Below are positions 21,108-31,221 of a stretch of 64,000 nt of DNA, in pieces; position 1 is the first letter of the stretch, and every line of letters begins with the position of its first letter. Source of the stretch: Candidatus Poribacteria bacterium (GTDB taxonomy: Bacteria > Poribacteria > WGA-4E > WGA-3G). Where the stretch lies: positions 1,792,001 to 1,856,000 of the forward strand of contig CAXXLX010000001.1 in the NCBI GenBank assembly GCA_963665235.2. Reading direction: 5' to 3'. The translations under genes and the position numbers were made by a program. Under the pieces are notes generated by a model. It was given only the letters and a program-made list of their open reading frames with translations, did no database searches and was not told where the DNA came from.

Positions 21108-23217
21108 TGATTGCTTTAATCAACCGATCGATAGTGCTCAATGGCCCATCAGGTCTGGCATAATTCGTTGCAAGGCTAGCAAATGCTTGCACTCGCTTGA
21201 GTTCTGATCGAATCAAAGTCCGAGCCTTACTGTCAAGATTATCCAGGTCCGGCGGTAAAGCGATAAAGTCGTGAATTTCGCTGTGCGTTTTGTCAGTTTC
21301 ACGACATGTCCGGAGAAGCCTTCCACGACGCTGGACCCACTGTCGTTCTACTGTTGTGCTCGCTAGGATGAACGCCCTTTCAATCTGTGGTATGTTGACT
21401 CCTTCATCAAGCACACGTTTTGCAGTCAGAATTCCCAATGTTCCATCTTGAAAGGATTGGATAATCTGCGTCGTTTTTTTATGTTTACTTGTTTCATCAC
21501 AAGTGAGTTGATGGAAAAGCACCCCGCTGTCTTTCAGTAAAGCGTTGACCGCTTCAAGTTGCTGCGGTGCCTTGTCAGAGGCATAAATCAACGTGTATCG
21601 GAGGTTCCGCAAACCTTCATGGTTCAAAACCTCTTTTAGCGCGTCAATTTTATTTTTCGCGTTCTCCAGAATCGCGCGCCGGGCTACGAGTAGCTTGGTC
21701 AGATACTCATCAGGGTCATCGTCCTTCTGTTGCCAGGCATTTTTCTGGATTTTCTCTGTGATAGCATACCATTTCTCCATCTCGCTCTCCGTGAGTTCCA
21801 CAGAGTGGACATAGTACTCGTATTCAACGAGGCATCGCCCGATGGCCTCCTCAAGCGTGAATTGAAAAACGATAGGCCCGAAAAACGCAAATAACTGCTC
21901 CGTTCCCAGCTCATCATACTGACGAATAGGCGTTGCTGACAACCCCAACCTATAATCGAAAAAAGAGGGCGGTTCCGTTATGAATCCCTCGCTGCCGAGG
22001 TTGTGTACTTCGTCTGCAATGAGCAAGGTATTACAGCTAAACTTTTCAAGTTCGGTTTTAAACTCACTCTTGCAAAGCGTCTTGTGAGACACCACGACAA
22101 TCTCAACGTCGCTTACTTCTGCTTGGAATCGGTGTTTAATGCGCTTGAGTTCATGTGCCCATCCACTTGCACCGCCTGCTTTAGTAAGGTTGACCGCGGT
22201 GAGTCCAAAAGGTTCAATTTCATCACACCACTGTTGAATGAGTGGAATATACGGTGCCGCCACAACGATAAGAAGCGGTTTGTGCGTTTTGTAGAGTCTG
22301 TGTGCACATATCATAGCGGCAATTGTCTTGCCAGATCCAGTTGCCATTTCCAAAACACCTTGATATCCAGCCTCACACCACGCACTGACCGCTCTACCTT
22401 GATGTTCAAACGGCCCCTCCTCAAATTGAAGTTCCGAAGGTATAGCAAATTCTGGACGTGATACTCTGAAATTGTTAGTTGCCTCGCCTATTTGCATCGT
22501 CCCTACCGCTTTTTTGTAGAGTTTACCGAGTTCATCCTCTGTTGGCGGCGTATCTGAACGGTAATTTTTCAATAGATTTTCCTCAATGGCTTTAGGCATC
22601 GGAATGACAATGCAATTCTCATCCTGATTTGCCCAGAGCTGTTTGAACTCTTCACAAAATTTTTCCGTAATATAGTGCTGGTTGGCATCTTCCCACGATT
22701 TAGAAATGGAAATCTGCTCAATATTTTTCTGAACCCCAGCGTACGTCATATTACTGGAACCATGCGCTGCTATCACGTCATCCCCTTCGCGAAAGAGCCA
22801 GACTTTTGGATGGAACAAGGCATCTTGCATCAACGCAATTTTGATTTCAATGCGTCCGTTGTGCAATAACCACGTAAGACATTTCAAGGTATGTTGCGCG
22901 ACAGCGGATTCTGTGACAACAAAACCCTCTAAAGCGGTACTAGCGATATCTTCTGGCGCAGCTACGCCTTCCACGATTGCCTCCCTATCTTCCGTTCGGA
23001 GTAGTGGACTAATAATCAAGCGTAAACTTCCGTTTGAGCAGTTTACGAAGGTTGCTAAGCCTGGGGCGAGCGACACAAGGATTTCGCTTGAAAAGAAACC
23101 CATCATGCAATTAATTTGAGTGGCAGCGCGGAAGCACGGAATAAGTACGTCCTCTACCACCGGCTCTCTTGGGAGCATATAGAGTGGTCGAATATCAGGC
23201 ATTGCCCGGAGCATCAT
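21100..23217 (-). CDS. PLD-nuclease/SF2 helicase fusion (phosphorothioation-associated restriction enzyme-like)
   Basis: FHPKVW...HGSSNMT PLD motif; MATGSGKT, DEVH, LSATP, LDEGVNIP, QRRGRLLR helicase motifs. Confidence 0.88.
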   Translation of the reverse strand: MMLRAMPDIRPLYMLPREPVVEDVLIPCFRAATQINCMMGFFSSEILVSLAPGLATFVNCSNGSLRLIISPLLRTEDREAIVEGVAAPEDIASTALEGFVVTESAVAQHTLKCLTWLLHNGRIEIKIALMQDALFHPKVWLFREGDDVIAAHGSSNMTYAGVQKNIEQISISKSWEDANQHYITEKFCEEFKQLWANQDENCIVIPMPKAIEENLLKNYRSDTPPTEDELGKLYKKAVGTMQIGEATNNFRVSRPEFAIPSELQFEEGPFEHQGRAVSAWCEAGYQGVLEMATGSGKTIAAMICAHRLYKTHKPLLIVVAAPYIPLIQQWCDEIEPFGLTAVNLTKAGGASGWAHELKRIKHRFQAEVSDVEIVVVSHKTLCKSEFKTELEKFSCNTLLIADEVHNLGSEGFITEPPSFFDYRLGLSATPIRQYDELGTEQLFAFFGPIVFQFTLEEAIGRCLVEYEYYVHSVELTESEMEKWYAITEKIQKNAWQQKDDDPDEYLTKLLVARRAILENAKNKIDALKEVLNHEGLRNLRYTLIYASDKAPQQLEAVNALLKDSGVLFHQLTCDETSKHKKTTQIIQSFQDGTLGILTAKRVLDEGVNIPQIERAFILASTTVERQWVQRRGRLLRTCRETDKTHSEIHDFIALPPDLDNLDSKARTLIRSELKRVQAFASLATNYARPDGPLSTIDRLIKAING

Positions 23218-23250
23218 CCCATTATCTTTCTCCTTTCAAATACGCTCAAG

Positions 23251-24087
23251 CTATTTATGGCAAATCAGGCACGGTTCCTCGTCGTCCTCGTCGTCGTGGA
23301 CATCGGTGAGGATTTCTATGAGTCGACGATTCGGTTTCGCCGTTTTCTTAGATGCTATCGCCTTTTCAGCGTTTGCCTTAATCTGCGCTATTCGTTCGGG
23401 TTGCGACAACTCTTCTAAACTTTCACCTTGACACCATGTAAACCTTTCGCCTGTTTCCGGATTAAATTTCTCGTAATCCTTGGCGAGTTCGAAAAGGTCG
23501 GGATGCTGCTCTAAAAGCCCTACCCACTCAGATTTGCGTTGGAAGAAGCAGAAATAACATCCGGAACGCGTCCGCCACTGGTAATAATCGGGCAAGCCAA
23601 GGCCACTTTCCTCCAGAATTCGGTAGACATCCTCTTTAGTAATGCCATCCTCTTTGAAGGGATATTTCGGTTCAATATTACCCAGGCCGGAGGTCGTTGG
23701 AGGCTTATAGCCGATTCGGTCTTCGTCGGCGCGGATAGCGATGTAGTGATACGCTTTGTCATCGCCGACGTATTCCTCAAAAGGTCTTATTTTGAGGTTA
23801 ACAGTGCACCAACGGACTTGCGGCGATGGCAGCAGACCTCCCAAAAGCGTCAACCAGTGATCGAAATCTCGGTTTTTGTGGGAATCGGTATCCATGTTGA
23901 GGCGTTCAATCTTTTTGCCGAGAAATGCCTCTAACCGGTCGAGAAATTCGTAGGTCTCCGGCAATTCCTTACCGGTATCAGAAAAGAAGTATTCCATCTG
24001 TGGTACTCTGTCTCGCATGTAAACTGCAAGTGCGGAGCTATCTTTTCCGCCGGAAAGCCCAAGGAGATGCCGTATTTTTTGTGCCAT
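23251..24087 (-). CDS. sspD: PAPS reductase family protein (SspD/DndC-like)
   Basis: SGGKDS PP-loop; RWCTVNLKI; RSGCYFCFFQ; C-terminal CLICHK. Confidence 0.85.
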   Translation of the reverse strand: MAQKIRHLLGLSGGKDSSALAVYMRDRVPQMEYFFSDTGKELPETYEFLDRLEAFLGKKIERLNMDTDSHKNRDFDHWLTLLGGLLPSPQVRWCTVNLKIRPFEEYVGDDKAYHYIAIRADEDRIGYKPPTTSGLGNIEPKYPFKEDGITKEDVYRILEESGLGLPDYYQWRTRSGCYFCFFQRKSEWVGLLEQHPDLFELAKDYEKFNPETGERFTWCQGESLEELSQPERIAQIKANAEKAIASKKTAKPNRRLIEILTDVHDDEDDEEPCLICHK

Positions 24088-24098
24088 GTTTTCTGCTC

Positions 24099-27000
24099 CT
24101 ATTTTTCAAGTTCCTGCATCCATTTTTGTGAAATTCGCGCCAAAATAGCGATGTGAAGTTCAGGATTATCGGCGACGTTATGAGTATCAAAAATCTTCCT
24201 GATTTCAGTCGCTATCTGCGTAGCCTGTTCATCAGCGGTTGATGGTAAGGTTACAACGCGTTCCTGCTCAGACTGGTTTGGTGCGGTGATACCTACGCGA
24301 ATAGGTTCACCCGCTGCCAATTCAGGATGTTTCCGTTTTTCGTAAGAGACCGCTTCAAAATGCCTAAATTTTCTGGCAAGTTGAGAGAGATTGCTTTCGA
24401 ATCGTGCTTTATCCAAGTCTACCCACGACAGAGGTGGTTTTTTAGCGAGATAGGTTGCAATCGCCTCAAGCCAGCTACTAAAATCGTGCCCACCGCTGCA
24501 AACTTGGACTAAAAATCCTTTGAGCTCGGTTTCAACTGCTATTGTTAACAGTGGTTCAGCCCTATCGGCTAATTCAGCACGGAGTTTTTCCCTTGATGGT
24601 GTTAAAGTGAAGGCTTCCACCAGCATCCGCTCTATGGAATTCAGCAAGACCTCGTAAGCCTGTTCTAATTCGGACAAGGCATCTTGTAACGTGTCGAAAA
24701 ATTCTGAAATTAGTTTTGGATTTAATGTCTGCGCGCCAAAAGCAGAAAATCCGAATGCTTCCGGGAGTTGTTTAAAGAGGAGTTCGTCGGGTTCACGTGC
24801 GCTCAGAACAGTTTTACGGAGATTTTTCGCATTATCACTCAATTCTTGTGTTGACAGAGTGTACTTCGGAAGTTGAGCAATAGCGCGTATGAGCGGGGTG
24901 ACGACAGTCAACAAATCTGGGTTTTCGGTTTCCACCGGTTGGTTGAGCATCTGTAGAAGTTGCGCCAACAGATCAGCACGGATACCTGACATCCGAAATC
25001 GCTTCAGTTCAAATTGTTGTGGTGCCTTAAGCAGCCGTTCAAAGACAGGCATTGACCACTCCGCTACGAAGGAGCCGTTTTCATAGAGGGCAATTTCTGT
25101 TTTGTAGTGGAGTATCACCGCACATAAGAGAATAGGCAGGGGACCACGCCGCACACCGTAAGGGGGTGCCATCAGGTGTTCATAGAGTTCCGAAATGGGC
25201 TGTCGTTCACCTTCACATTTTTCAAGAAAAACCTCAATTGCTTTCCACGTCGGTGCCATTCTGTTTGCGTCAGCGGTTTCCGGCGGGTGAAATCCACGGT
25301 ACCTTGAAACCTCACGATGTATTCCGGTATTCCGTAAGAGAGAGCGGTAGATGCTCATTTCGGCAGGATACCCAGTAATACCGAGGTTTTTCCTATCTCC
25401 ATTTTCAAGCATTCGTTGAATTAATTTCTTTCGAGCGGTCGTTGCAGCCCCGGAGATTTTACGCCGATTAATCAGTTCGTTTTGAATGCAAGGGGTTTTG
25501 TGATAAACTGCATCACAGATATTTGACAGGTATGCGTTTCTTGTCCCTTGAGAGTCAATAGTCCCTACAGATTGTCCTTTATGATACCATATACAAGTGT
25601 CTTTCTTAGTCCCACCAAAAATTGCTGTTAATCTATGAGATATTTCTTGTTCCGCTTGACGCTGCTGGACTGAAAGTTCATCTCTTGCCACTGGGTCGCC
25701 TTCTAATTCCGGGGTGTTTTCGGAAACCCAACGTAGACTGGCGAGTTGCGTAACAGTCTCTTGTAGTGTGCCAATAGCGCGTGGAATTGCAATCAATACC
25801 TCTTTGCGTTCTGCGAGTTTGGAACTGCTCGCCTTTTCGGTGAGCTGCTTGACTTCATGTTCGTTTGCGGGCAATGCATAAAGCACAAGGCCATCTGCAT
25901 CCTCAGGGGGCTCCTCTAAATCGGCATCAAAATTTTCGAGCTCGGTATACCGGACGACAAAGTATCGCAAAGTACCCGTCTCAAATAGGTGTCTTCGTGC
26001 AACGAGCGGGCGCGTCGGCAAATAACGTGCCAGCTCGGCGGCGAGAGCACCTTGCATGTCAATATGCCTTTCCGCTTCGCGGAGTTTTGCCTCAATGTCA
26101 ATATCGCTCCCTTCCCAAAGCGCGTAAGCCTTATTGTAGCGGCGATAGATGACAATTGAACGTTTTCTTAGCATAGTGAGTGCTTCCTCAAATTCACTGA
26201 TAAACCCCTCTGTCCTAACATCTAAGGCGGAACGGAGGAGTTGCCCTGAGGCTTTCAGATTCGGCAGGACTTCACCAACAATATTAAGGACACCAATCGT
26301 CTTAATCAATTGAATCGGCACAGGAGAGGGGTCTGGTAGTCGGTCTAATGCTGATTCAATTTCTGCCCATTTCTTGCCGTTGCGTGAGGCGTACAACCGA
26401 TGTTCCATGTTAGTCTTAAGATAGTCGTAAAGGTTGGCGATTGAAAACAGCGGCGAAAAGGTTCCATTGCAATTTTGGGTAGAGAGGAAGTCTTGTAGGC
26501 CATAAGGTTCACTTGAGCTGAGAAAAGCGAAGAGCGAACGTTCGTTTTGCGCGAATCGTCGGAAAATTGGATTTATAACAAGGGCGACTATTGGGTGCAG
26601 GGGCAGACAATTTTTCAGAAGTTCGCCAAACTCGTCCTCGGTAAGTTGGCTCGGTTTAAGGTCGAATTCAATAGGCAAGGATAAATTTTCTTCCTTATCC
26701 TCTGAAGTCCTTTCGATAGCAGAACCGATGAGGCGAAGAATCTGTTCTGTGGGTTCTATAAAAGCTATATCTTCAAACCGTCCCTGTACCTTTGCCCACT
26801 CCTCCTGTTGTGATTTTGCTAATTTGTTAGCGTATTGTTCAAAGGCTTGGTGCAGAATCGTCAGAAAAAGGAGAGGTGTCTGCTTACTTCGCGTAGCCAA
26901 TTCAGCAAGGGTTTGTAGCACGAACACATCGCCTTGTGCAGGCTCTTGTGCGGCGTACTCAAGGAACTTTCCAAGTTCATCAATTACCAATAACAAACCG

Positions 27001-27590
27001 TGTCCACCCTTTTTCTTGATAGCACGCGTTGCTGATTCAAAAAGATATGTAATTTCAGACGCTTGCAGCGGCGTATCCGTTCACATCGATTTTTCAAGAG
27101 TTTCCCTGATTTTTCGCTGAAGTGAACTATTAGAAGGGACTCCGAAAGTCCTGAGTCCATTCTCCAAACCGCGCAGTAGGGCAGTCGAGAGTGGGGCACG
27201 TTCACCAGAGATAAGCACAGGACAGAAATCTGATAGCGGTTGTCCATTCCCATTTGTACTTGTGAATCTTTCGTATAACGAAACGTCGCCGCCCTTCAAC
27301 AAATTTAGAGCTTGTTGGGTTGTCGAAGTGCTGGGATCTCCGAGCAGCTTCGCGGCAAAAAGCGCGAATGCCGATTTTCCTGAGCCATAGGGCCCCGTAA
27401 TCGACCACGCCCTTGATGTCGCTCCATTTTCAAGCGTTGAAATGACACGCGATAACATCTCCCGAGCTGTAACGGTCAGGACGTACCCATCTAAGACGTT
27501 CCTTGTATCATAGAAATCGCGTTCCAGATGAACCGAGCGGTGGAAACGTCCTTTAACCTGATAGAGATGTGACAAAGGAATATTATCCAT
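24099..27590 (-). pseudogene. sspC: Large ATP-binding protein (SspC/BrxC-like) with a single in-frame TGA at 27081-27083
   Basis: GPYGSGKS (Walker A) upstream and LLVIDELGK (Walker B) downstream are in the same frame: ...EKSM*TDTPLQASE... Confidence 0.8.
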
Positions 27591-28509
27591 AATACCTTTC
27601 TAAAAGTTCCGTTGAGTCTAAATCTTTGTGTCTATAAACCTGTTTTAAACCAGCCGTTTCATCGTATTGCAACGCACCTTCGGTGAGTTCGTTGAGGGAT
27701 TCAAGGTAAGTAGTCATTGTGTCCTCGTCTAATCTAAAAATTCGGCCCGGACTTAATGGTGCGTACATCAGTTCTGAAAACGGTAATTCATTTCTTTTAT
27801 GGAAACTTGCATCCCAAAAGGCGACAAGTGTCGAGGCAAACATTTCAACCGGCAGCGTCTCTTTTTCGCCGCGTTGGAACTCATATCCGTTGTTTTCTGG
27901 CAATTCTGTGATTAAATTGAGTTCAACAAGTGGACAGTCAAAACTCTCCTCAACGATTGTAGTGGTGTGACGTGACTGACAATAGGTTCGGATAAAACAA
28001 CGGATATCCCGTTGAAGTGTATTTTCAGAGACAGGACGCATAGCTGGTTTCTGTTGTCGTGCCCATTCGGACAATTGTTTTTTAAATATGTCAGGTGTGA
28101 ATTGATTTTCTCTGAAAACGTTAAATGCCCAATACCACAAGGTTGCATGATTCATATTAGTCGCAATCTTCCAGTGAATCAACCATAACGTGGCGGGGTC
28201 GTCAAGGTACGGGTCAAATCCGTTGTCGTCGTTAAAAATGTCTCTGCCGAGCGGCGTGAAAACGAATCGCCCACGTTCACGGCCGTCCGCTTTGATCAGC
28301 CCAGCAACACTACACCAGTGCCGGATGGAGGCCACCATATTTTTCCCCACACCTAAAGTAACGGAGACGTTCTCTGCCGAAAAGACAGTCGGATCTTCTC
28401 TGACAGCATCGACCCCCTTCTTCAGCCATGTGTACCGAAACGGAAAAGTTTGGTGGCCGGAGAAGGATAGATTAATTATCTGTGGTGAAGTGCTATACAC
28501 AGTGTTCAA
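27583..28509 (-). CDS. sspB: DUF4007 family protein (SspB-like)
   Basis: FSGHQTFPFRYTWLKKG, LGVGKNMVASIRHW, DPYL...TLWLIHW, CPLVELNLI, ETAGL motifs; GGAGGT RBS. Confidence 0.88.
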   Translation of the reverse strand: MNTVYSTSPQIINLSFSGHQTFPFRYTWLKKGVDAVREDPTVFSAENVSVTLGVGKNMVASIRHWCSVAGLIKADGRERGRFVFTPLGRDIFNDDNGFDPYLDDPATLWLIHWKIATNMNHATLWYWAFNVFRENQFTPDIFKKQLSEWARQQKPAMRPVSENTLQRDIRCFIRTYCQSRHTTTIVEESFDCPLVELNLITELPENNGYEFQRGEKETLPVEMFASTLVAFWDASFHKRNELPFSELMYAPLSPGRIFRLDEDTMTTYLESLNELTEGALQYDETAGLKQVYRHKDLDSTELLERYYG

Positions 28510-28923
28510 ATCTTACCTCCCAGAAATGGACCGGCCCCCGATGCAAAAAACAACGTAGGCGAAAAAGGGGAGTTTAGATCGAAGGGGTGAATAGTCGGTA
28601 ACGAAAAGTGCCCGCGGCGAGAACCATTGGGCAAAATAGTCCTCGCGCAGGCACAATGATAGTGCAAAATGCCGAGAAAATTTATTTGGTTTTTACTTAA
28701 CAGATGTGGGGTAGAAGGGGGGGGTAAAACGCAATTTCAGTGCCGCAATCCCTGTTGGAGCTTAGCACAGCAAGCGAGCGACACGGACCAATTCCGCCAA
28801 AATGGCAAGCATCCGGGGTGTTTATTCTCTCAATTGGGGTGTTAGCATGTCCATATATCATTAGCGTTCCCTGTGTGTTGCAAAAAGGAGCTGTGTATCG
28901 CGGCGATGTAGTATTATTTTTTA

Positions 28924-28952
28924 ATTATACTACATTTTGACGCGTTTGTCAA
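28924..28952 (-). promoter_or_regulatory. Consensus sigma70 promoter of the sspB operon
   Basis: TTGACA-17 bp-TATAAT. Confidence 0.8.
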
Positions 28953-29013
28953 GTTAAAATTCGTTAGTTCTGCATAGATGTCATGAAAAAATAACGTTAA
29001 GCACCCCGTCATA

Positions 29014-30003
29014 TTACTGTTTCAGAACTTCTTCACGGTGCCACGCCAAAGCATCTTGAGCAGGATAATGTTGTGTGTTTCTAGGTTGCCATATAAGCTT
29101 GTCACGTAATTCGGTTAACATCGAACTCGTTGGCCCTCGCTCGGACATGCAGGGTGAGACAATAATTTGGTATGTTTCACTTAAAGAAATTAATCCAGCG
29201 TCAAAAGCCCAGTGGTGCGATTTGCAGAGAGAAATTCCATTCCGGACATCGTCATTATATGAAACAGAAAACGGAATGATGTGAGCAGCATCAGTCAAGC
29301 TCTCTCCGCTCGATGCACGGACGTGTAATTCACAAACTGCACAGGTGTGTTTGTAGATTTCCATAATCCTCTTGCGGAAACCTGCACTCCGAATTGGAGT
29401 GCCTACTTGAATTGCCTCTGCTTTTTTATGAGATGAAAATGGGCGTCCGGCATCTTCTAGCAATGATTCGCTGTATTCTTCGATGTCCTTTTCAATCTCT
29501 TTTTCCGCGGTTCTTCGTTGTTCTTCAATTACCTTTTCAACTTCATACCTAATATTTGAAAAATAGTGGCTGATAATAGTTTCGCGGAATATTTCCCGAT
29601 ATTCAGGTATAGCTAGTAAAACACAAAGAGGATCATCTAGCTTAGCTGCAGCGTTAACACTAAGAAGTTGATTAGGTGAGGGGGTTGTCCCAGCAGATCT
29701 TGATTGCAGTTTTTGTGGCTTAAGAAACCAGAAACCCTTAGTTTTTAAATGAAAAAACGGATTATTAATACTGGGGTGCCGGTCCTCCGATTCATTTGAT
29801 TTATTGAAAACCTCAATCAGCTCTTCAAAAAAAGAAGATTTATTCTTGTAAATTTCACTAAAGGGAATATTATTTTCGTAGAGTTCACCGCTTTCAATCA
29901 TCTCAATGATTATTAACAAGAGAAACGGTCTGTGAGGGAACTGTCTTTTATCCTGCAAATTCTTAATCTTTTCGATATATTTTTGTAGGACACTGTTAAC
30001 CAT
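29014..30003 (-). CDS. SBD-like + HNH endonuclease
   Basis: PHRPFLLL and PFFHLKTKGFW (SBD-like); CAVC...AAHIIPFS...NGISLCKSHHWAFDAG. Confidence 0.85.
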   Translation of the reverse strand: MVNSVLQKYIEKIKNLQDKRQFPHRPFLLLIIIEMIESGELYENNIPFSEIYKNKSSFFEELIEVFNKSNESEDRHPSINNPFFHLKTKGFWFLKPQKLQSRSAGTTPSPNQLLSVNAAAKLDDPLCVLLAIPEYREIFRETIISHYFSNIRYEVEKVIEEQRRTAEKEIEKDIEEYSESLLEDAGRPFSSHKKAEAIQVGTPIRSAGFRKRIMEIYKHTCAVCELHVRASSGESLTDAAHIIPFSVSYNDDVRNGISLCKSHHWAFDAGLISLSETYQIIVSPCMSERGPTSSMLTELRDKLIWQPRNTQHYPAQDALAWHREEVLKQ

Positions 30004-30041
30004 TTCTCTGTGAGACTCCTATAGTAAGTCCTCTTGTATTC

Positions 30042-30095
30042 TTTATGGCAAATCAAACACGGTTCCTCGTCATCCTCGTCGTGGACATCGTGAGG
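30042..30095 (-). pseudogene. Third degenerate copy of the sspD-like 3' end
   Basis: Encodes DVHDEDDEEPCLICHK. Confidence 0.85.
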
Positions 30096-30159
30096 CTTTC
30101 TGTTTTGGTGATGCCGCCCTTCTATTCTGAATAAATTTTAGCACAAATCTTGCTATTTA

Positions 30160-30188
30160 ATTGTACCATATTTCGACGCATTTATCAA
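30160..30188 (-). promoter_or_regulatory. sigma70-type promoter homologous to the sspB promoter
   Basis: TTGATA-17 bp-TACAAT; spacer aatgcgtcgaaatatgg vs aacgcgtcaaaatgtag at 28930-28946. Confidence 0.65.
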
Positions 30189-30402
30189 GTTAAAATCGCG
30201 TTTTTTACCTAACATAGATCTTCTATCTTCTCACACTTCTCTTCAAAAAGAGGGGTTTGAGACATATTCATCTTTTAACTTGACAGCTTAGCAAAAATGC
30301 ATTAGACTTAAGGACATGCAAACCGGTATCATACCAAATTAATTTCTGATGTTACCCCGAATGGGTTGCCTACGAGAAAAATATGTCTGAGGACACCACG
30401 CC

Positions 30403-31209
30403 ATGAAAAAACGAATTCTGCTTATTGTCTGCCTTGTGCTCCTATCTCTATTCAGTGCGGTTTTTCTTTACCGGTTTCGAACGGAAGAGGATGCGCGCGT
30501 CGGAAAAACACCGACAGCACAAGCTGAACCTTTTAGTCACGCACTATTTGAGCAGGTCTTGCAGGAATATGTGGATACCGATGGAAATGTGAATTATGCC
30601 GCGCTGAAGGCAAATCCGGATACACTAGAAGCGTATCTGGACAAATTAGCGGTTGCTGCACCAACAGAGATGTCGTATAACGCACAGATGGCATTTTGGA
30701 TTAACGCTTACAATGCACTCGTTATAAAAGGGGTTGTCGACCGGTACCCAACGACAAGTGTACGGAAACTCAAACCGCTGAGAGGGTTTTTCTCCCGGCT
30801 TAGGTTTCAGGTTGCAGGTAAAACCTATACACTCAATCAAATTGAGGATGATATTATCCGGATGGAGTTTGTTGATGCTCGCATTCATTTTGCACTTGTC
30901 TGCGCGTCACGGGGATGCCCACCTTTGGAAAAAAGGGCATTTTTGCCCGAAACAATTGAGACACAGCTGGATGACGTAACACTCAAATTTGTCACGAATC
31001 CAGCAAAGGTCCGGCTTGACCGCAGCGCGCGACGGGTGTCCCTCTCAAAAATTTTCGAATGGTACGCTGACGATTTTACGGAAGGTTATACCGGGGTGGC
31101 AGATTTTCTGTCGGATTACCTGTCCCCTGAAGATGCTGACTTCGTGTCGGCGGAGGATGTTTCATTTCACTACCTTGATTATGATTGGACACTGAACGAT
31201 AAACGTTAA
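30403..31209 (+). CDS. DUF547 domain protein
   Basis: AFWINAYNA, RIHFALVCASRGCP, LSKIFEWY, YDWTLN motifs. Confidence 0.9.
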   Translation: MKKRILLIVCLVLLSLFSAVFLYRFRTEEDARVGKTPTAQAEPFSHALFEQVLQEYVDTDGNVNYAALKANPDTLEAYLDKLAVAAPTEMSYNAQMAFWINAYNALVIKGVVDRYPTTSVRKLKPLRGFFSRLRFQVAGKTYTLNQIEDDIIRMEFVDARIHFALVCASRGCPPLEKRAFLPETIETQLDDVTLKFVTNPAKVRLDRSARRVSLSKIFEWYADDFTEGYTGVADFLSDYLSPEDADFVSAEDVSFHYLDYDWTLNDKR

Positions 31210-31221
31210 AGGAGTATATCT

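Noticed and set aside
26984-27253. Frameshift bridge ORF for the split ATPase
   Set aside because: The two ATPase parts are already in the same frame; this ORF is an alternative-frame shadow
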